Shown: positions 59,481 to 64,000 of the stretch, piece after piece
Layout: every line of letters begins with the position of its first letter
Numbering within the stretch: the first letter of the stretch is position 1
Assembly: GCA_963712745.1 (NCBI GenBank)
Contig: CAVQJC010000004.1
Coordinates: forward strand, 160,001 to 224,000
Length of the DNA: 64,000 bases
Direction: 5' to 3'
DNA from: an uncultured Chloroflexia bacterium
GTDB taxonomy: Bacteria; Chloroflexota; Limnocylindria; Limnocylindrales; CSP1-4
Made by a program: the position numbers and the translations under genes
The notes under the pieces: model-generated
What the model was told of the DNA's origin: nothing
The model's input: only the letters and a program-made list of their open reading frames with translations
The model's database searches: none

Positions 59481-61070
59481 GTGACGCCGCACCGGCTCTC
59501 GGAGCTGAGCGCACTGCTCCATCGTCGCGGCCTGCTGGCGTCGGACCCGCTGCCCGCACACGGAGCCGAGCCCGACCCGGCCATCAACGCCGTGCGCTAC
59601 GACTCCCGCCTGGTCGAGCCCGGCGACCTCTTCGTGGCACGGCGCGGCCAGCACGCCGACGGACACGACCACATCGCTGGCGCGGTGCGATCCGGAGCGT
59701 GCGCGGTCGTACTCGAGCGGCCCACGCCCGCGCTGGCCGTGCCGCAGCTGGTCGTGCGTGACGCCAAGGTCGCGCTCGGAGTGGCCGCAGCCTGGCGCGC
59801 CGGCGACCCCTCGCGGTCGCTGGGCACGGTCGGCATCACCGGCACCGACGGCAAGACCACCACGGCCTACCTCGTGCGAGCGGTCCTTGAAGCGGCCGGC
59901 CGCCAGACCGGCTTGCTGGGCACCACCGACGTCATCGTGACCGGCCGCAGCCTGGGCAACGCCGCCCGCACGAGCACACCGGAGGCACCGGAACTGCAGG
60001 CTCACCTGGCTGCCATGCTCCAGGGTGGCGATCGATGGGCCGTGATCGAGTCGACCTCCCACGGTCTGGCCCAGCAGCGCGTGGCCGGCGTGGCCTACGA
60101 CGTGGCCGTGCTCACCAACGTCACCTCCGAGCACCTCGAGTTCCACGGCACGCTCGACGCCTACCGTGCAGCCAAGCGCAGCCTCTTCGCCCGCCTGGCG
60201 TTGAGCGAGGAGAACCCCGAGAAGGGTTGGGGCAAGCACGCCGTCGTCAATGCCGACGACCCGGAGGGCGACTCGTTCGCAGCGGTAGCAGCGGAGTCGG
60301 GCGCGACGGTGCTGCGCTACGGGCTGGTCCGCGAGCTGGTCGCGGAGGGTCCCGGACCGCACGTCCCGACCCGGCTCGACCTGGCCGCGATCTCGCTCGA
60401 GGAGACCCCATCCGGCATGCTCGTCGGCGTGGCGCGGGACGGCTGGCGGGGAAGCATGGCGTTGCGCCTGGCCGGGCGCTTCAACGTCTACAACGCTCTC
60501 GCCGCTCTCGGTGTGGCCGCGGTCCTGGGGCTCGACCTGGACGAGGCCACCGCGGCGCTCTCGGAGGTCGAGGCCGTACCCGGGCGCATGATGCGCATCG
60601 ACGAGGGCCAGCCGTTCAGCGTGGTCATCGACTATGCCCACACGGCCGAGTCGCTGGCCAAGGTGCTCGACGAGCTGTCTCCGGCCGATCCCGGAAGCGG
60701 GCTCATCGCGGTGTTCGGCTCGGCCGGCGACCGGGACCCCAGCAAGCGTGAGCCGATGGGGCGCGTGGCAGGCGAGCGCTGCCGGGTCGTCATCGTCACC
60801 GACGAGGATCCGCGGAGCGAGGACCGCGCCGCCATCCTGGAGGCTATCGCCGCCGGCGCCGAAGCTGCTGGGCGGGTGCGCGGCCGGGACCTGCTGCTCA
60901 TCGCCGACCGCGCGGAGGCCATCGCCGAGGCCATGCGCCGAGCACGACCCGGCGATGTCGTGCTGCTGGCGGGCAAGGGCCACGAGAAGACCATCGAGTC
61001 CGACGGCCGGGAGGTGCCCTGGGACGAGGCCGCCGCAGCTCGAGGTGCGCTCCGGACTGGCCGCCACTAG
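59481..61070 (+). CDS. murE: UDP-MurNAc-dipeptide amino acid ligase MurE
   Basis: DSR, GITGTDGKTT, TPE, EHLEFH, PGRM, DYAH, EDPR and AGKGHE motifs. Confidence 0.93.
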   Translation: MTPHRLSELSALLHRRGLLASDPLPAHGAEPDPAINAVRYDSRLVEPGDLFVARRGQHADGHDHIAGAVRSGACAVVLERPTPALAVPQLVVRDAKVALGVAAAWRAGDPSRSLGTVGITGTDGKTTTAYLVRAVLEAAGRQTGLLGTTDVIVTGRSLGNAARTSTPEAPELQAHLAAMLQGGDRWAVIESTSHGLAQQRVAGVAYDVAVLTNVTSEHLEFHGTLDAYRAAKRSLFARLALSEENPEKGWGKHAVVNADDPEGDSFAAVAAESGATVLRYGLVRELVAEGPGPHVPTRLDLAAISLEETPSGMLVGVARDGWRGSMALRLAGRFNVYNALAALGVAAVLGLDLDEATAALSEVEAVPGRMMRIDEGQPFSVVIDYAHTAESLAKVLDELSPADPGSGLIAVFGSAGDRDPSKREPMGRVAGERCRVVIVTDEDPRSEDRAAILEAIAAGAEAAGRVRGRDLLLIADRAEAIAEAMRRARPGDVVLLAGKGHEKTIESDGREVPWDEAAAARGALRTGRH

Positions 61071-61116
61071 CCAGACCGCCGCCACTGGCCAGACCGTCGC
61101 CACTAGCCAGACCCCG
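61063..61116 (+). repeat. 3 x 18-bp tandem repeat over the murE stop
   Basis: GCCACTAGCCAGACCGCC / GCCACTGGCCAGACCGTC / GCCACTAGCCAGACCCCG. Confidence 0.85.
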
Positions 61117-61156
61117 GACATCGCCCAGAGCACGCCCCTGGTTCCCGAGGCCGCCC

Positions 61157-62860
61157 CTAGTTCGAGCCCAGCACCGCCCTGACCAGCTTCTCCATCGGTT
61201 CGTCGGTAAGCCAGTTGCCCTGGTTCGAGAGCAGCACGACCGAGACGCCCGAGCCCGGGAAATACCACATCGAGGACTCGAAGCCGCGCAGGCCGCCGCG
61301 ATGTCCGTGCGCCCGATGGCCGGCGAACGAGGCGATGTCGGTGCCCAGCCCGTAGAGACCCGGCCGCAGGAACGTCGTCATCTGCGCCAGCGATGCCTCG
61401 TCGAGGACCTTGCCGCCATAGAGGGCGTCGGCCCACACCGACAGGTCGCGCGCGGTCGATGCGATGGCTCCCGCCGCGTCGGCCACGCTGGCCGCGGCCA
61501 TGAAGGGCAAGTACCTCGACTCGCCCGTGTGGTCGGTGTGGCCACCACCCCAGTTCCAGTGCCCGTGGGCGGCGTCGGCGGGCGGCTTCTCAGCCGGCTG
61601 GAAGTAGGTGTCCCGCAGGCCCAGCGGCTTGAAGAAGCGCTGGCGCAGCTGCTTGTGCAGGGGCTTGCCCTCCAGCGCCTCGGCCACCTTGCCCAGGATG
61701 ACGTAGTTCGTGTTCGAGTAGTGGTAGCACTTGCCGGGCTTGCAGTAGCCGTCCTTGACGAGGTCCATGATCTCTTCGTACGTCCAGCGATGATCGCGAG
61801 CCTTGAGGCCGCCGGCGTCGCGATCCTGCCACCAGGCGGTGGCCGCCTTGCCGTAGCGCGGGTTCTCGAAGTAGTTGTAGATCCCACTGGTGTGACTGAG
61901 CAGCTGGCGGAGGGTGACGGTGTTCTTGCGCGGCGCGTCGGCGAAGTACCTGCCGAAGGGTTCGTCGAGATCGACCTTGCCCTCCTCGGCCAGCTGCAGG
62001 ATGAGCGCAGCCACGAAGGTCTTGGTCACGCTGGCGATAGAGAAGACGGTGTCGTCCTCGATCGGCCGGTCCGGGCTGAACTCGGCCATGCCGGCGGTAC
62101 CCAGCCAGGTATCCCCCGAAGGCAGGCGCACGGCTGCCTGGAGACCGGACACACCCTTGTTCTTCACCCGGTTGCGCAGAACGCGGTCGAGCTTCCTGGT
62201 CGTCCGGCTGTCGAGCTCGGCACCGTCGCTTGCCGCGACCTCGATCAGCTCATCGGCAGCGGGGGAGGCCACCGAGGCAAGAGCGCCCGGCGGGGACTCC
62301 GTGGGTGCGGAGGTGGGGGGTGGAGCGGAGGTGGTCGCTGCTGCCATCGGGTCCTGTGTCGGCGGGACAGTCGGTGCAGGGCTCGGCGTAGCTGCGAGCT
62401 CGGGGCTCGGGGCAGCGGCGAGCTCGGCGCTCGGCACGGTGGGCCTGGCGCTCGGCACGGTCGGCTCGGAACTCGGCGCGGTCGGCCTGGCGCTCGGCAC
62501 GGTCGGCTCGGAACTCGGCGCGGTCGGCCTGGCGCTTGGCACGGTCGGCTCGGAACTCGGCGCGGTCGGCCTGGCGCTGGCCGAGGCTGCGAGCACGGCG
62601 CTCGAGACGGAGGCGGTCTCGGCGCCCGGCGTGGCTGCGGGCTCGAGGCTCGGTGTCGGGCCGGTGATGACCGCGTCACCCCGATCAGGAGTCGCCGCCG
62701 GCGCGGGAGTGGTCTGCGCCAGGACGGTCGGCCGGACCGTGGGCACGGGGGCCGGTTGTGAGGCCGTGGTCACGCAACCCACGAGGACACTCATGACGAG
62801 GGGCACGAGGGCATACGAAAGGCTCGCTCTCACTCCGAGAGGAGGGCGCCACGACATCAC
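61157..62860 (-). CDS. Serine hydrolase (S12 / beta-lactamase-like) lipoprotein with Pro/Thr/Ala linker
   Basis: LVGC lipobox; SVTK, YSN and HRG catalytic motifs. Confidence 0.88.
   Translation of the reverse strand: MMSWRPPLGVRASLSYALVPLVMSVLVGCVTTASQPAPVPTVRPTVLAQTTPAPAATPDRGDAVITGPTPSLEPAATPGAETASVSSAVLAASASARPTAPSSEPTVPSARPTAPSSEPTVPSARPTAPSSEPTVPSARPTVPSAELAAAPSPELAATPSPAPTVPPTQDPMAAATTSAPPPTSAPTESPPGALASVASPAADELIEVAASDGAELDSRTTRKLDRVLRNRVKNKGVSGLQAAVRLPSGDTWLGTAGMAEFSPDRPIEDDTVFSIASVTKTFVAALILQLAEEGKVDLDEPFGRYFADAPRKNTVTLRQLLSHTSGIYNYFENPRYGKAATAWWQDRDAGGLKARDHRWTYEEIMDLVKDGYCKPGKCYHYSNTNYVILGKVAEALEGKPLHKQLRQRFFKPLGLRDTYFQPAEKPPADAAHGHWNWGGGHTDHTGESRYLPFMAAASVADAAGAIASTARDLSVWADALYGGKVLDEASLAQMTTFLRPGLYGLGTDIASFAGHRAHGHRGGLRGFESSMWYFPGSGVSVVLLSNQGNWLTDEPMEKLVRAVLGSN
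62448..62573 (-). repeat. 3 x 42-bp coding tandem repeat (SARPTAPSSEPTVP)
   Basis: Near-identical units at 62448, 62490 and 62532. Confidence 0.9.
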
Positions 62861-63021
62861 CAACGCACCCTACACCGCGGGTCGGGTCCTTGGGCGGGCG
62901 CCGGTTGAGTAGGGGTGGAATCGGCGTTGCGTTCCCGACATCGCTCTGGACGACCGCCGGGACGCTCACCCGCTGCGACCTTCAGGGCTACCCTGTCACG
63001 ACCAGCCCCAAGAAGGAATCC

Positions 63022-63642
63022 ATGACGAAGCTCCGCCGGCCGGCCATGCTCACGCTGACCGCCGTGCTGATTACGGCCGGGGTTGCCCTGGCCCAGGACG
63101 AGGTCGAGCCGAAGGCCTCGCCCGATCCGGCGCCAGCCGATGTGAGGCTGGAAGCTCTCGCGGCCCTGGTCCCGCCGACCCTGGGCGGGCATCCGCTGGC
63201 CGACGGCCTCCAACTCGCGACCGGAGAGGAGTTGCTCACGGTGATGGGCCCGGAGGAGGCCGACGCCGTCCTGGACCTGCTCGGCGACCAGGGCAAGACC
63301 ACCACTGACTACGCTGTCGCGACCACGGTGCTGACACTCGACGATGGTTCGCTCGTCGTGGTCCAGGCTCACCGCGTCGAGGACATCGACGCCTCGCGCA
63401 CGATCGCCGGCTGGCTGGACGTCCTCTCGGTGAGCCTCGATCGACCCGAGACGACCCAGGGCATCGTGGCCGGCCGCGGGGTCACGCTCCTGAGCGACGC
63501 GGCCTTGCCGCAAGTGCCGCCGCTCTACCTCTTCTCCGCCGACGACACCGTGTGGATGGTCCTGGCTGCCGACGAGTCACTGGTGGAGGAGGCCATGGAG
63601 GCGGTCGGTGCCGATGGGGCCGAGGAGGAGACCGCCGCCTGA
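63022..63642 (+). CDS. Secreted hypothetical protein
   Basis: AAGGA RBS, signal peptide ending ALA|QDE, acidic mature domain. Confidence 0.75.
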   Translation: MTKLRRPAMLTLTAVLITAGVALAQDEVEPKASPDPAPADVRLEALAALVPPTLGGHPLADGLQLATGEELLTVMGPEEADAVLDLLGDQGKTTTDYAVATTVLTLDDGSLVVVQAHRVEDIDASRTIAGWLDVLSVSLDRPETTQGIVAGRGVTLLSDAALPQVPPLYLFSADDTVWMVLAADESLVEEAMEAVGADGAEEETAA

Positions 63643-63703
63643 CGGGCTCCACGATGCTGGCGCGGACGTTCGGTTGCAGCGCCTTCGGTACACTCGCACG
63701 ACG

Positions 63704-64000
63704 ATGACCAGCCCTGCGACCGAGAAGGCCGATGCCGCTGCCGCGAAGGGTGCGGCCAAAGACGCGCGCGCCAAGCGGCGTGCCCGGCCTGAGCCGGTAG
63801 AGGATTTCTCGCCCGCGGGTATGCAGCGCATGCTCGAGGAGGTGGAGCAGGAACTCCACGCCCGCTATCCTCAGGCCGACCTCTCGTCGGTCGCGGCCTC
63901 CTACGCCTTCGCCATCGAGGCGCATGGTGACCAGAAGCGTATCAGCGGGGAGCCCTACGTCAGCCACCCCCTGGCCGTGGCCAAGATCCTGGCCGAGCTG
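63704..64000 (+). CDS. rel: (p)ppGpp synthetase/hydrolase Rel/SpoT, 5' partial
   Basis: YAFAIEAHGDQKRISGEPYVSHPLAVAKILAEL at the start of the HD domain. Confidence 0.9.
   Translation, partial: MTSPATEKADAAAAKGAAKDARAKRRARPEPVEDFSPAGMQRMLEEVEQELHARYPQADLSSVAASYAFAIEAHGDQKRISGEPYVSHPLAVAKILAEL

Noticed and set aside
61063-61116. Possible mini-CRISPR
   Set aside because: Contiguous 18-bp units with no spacers and no cas genes

Overview
High-GC bacterial chromosome segment. Gene style suggests Chloroflexota, possibly Limnocylindria-like; this is inference only. Layout: 1-17.6 kb is a large inositol uptake/catabolism cluster (PfkB kinase, sugar ABC transporter, IolE/IolG/IolH-like, LacI, iolB, a transaldolase-family gene, iolD) with a corrinoid protein plus UroD/MtaA-like methyltransferase pair embedded in it. 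Next come an osmoprotectant ABC transporter, mrfAB-like repair genes, a tRNA(CAT), ftsH, an M20 peptidase, an orphan DnaB-like ATPase, a ~2 kb accessory stretch and a dynamin-like GTPase pair. An IS110 element lies at 40602-42062. The rest is HAD/thpR/trpB2/NUDIX, nfeD-SPFH, HipA-like kinase-DUF3037, comM-dprA-topA-xerC, murJ-fem-fem-murE, a serine hydrolase lipoprotein and the start of rel. Highlights: (i) the IS110 non-coding end carries four 7-nt guide segments matching its reconstructed target and donor junctions, i.e. a readable bridge RNA, and the element sits in the -10 box of a leaderless gene; (ii) a candidate cobalamin-dependent O-methyl-inositol demethylase and an atypical transaldolase-fold enzyme sit inside the iol cluster; (iii) three independent reading-frame defects share the same GATCGATCT context and are all fixed by deleting one C. 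All family calls come from motif recognition by eye, not database searches.
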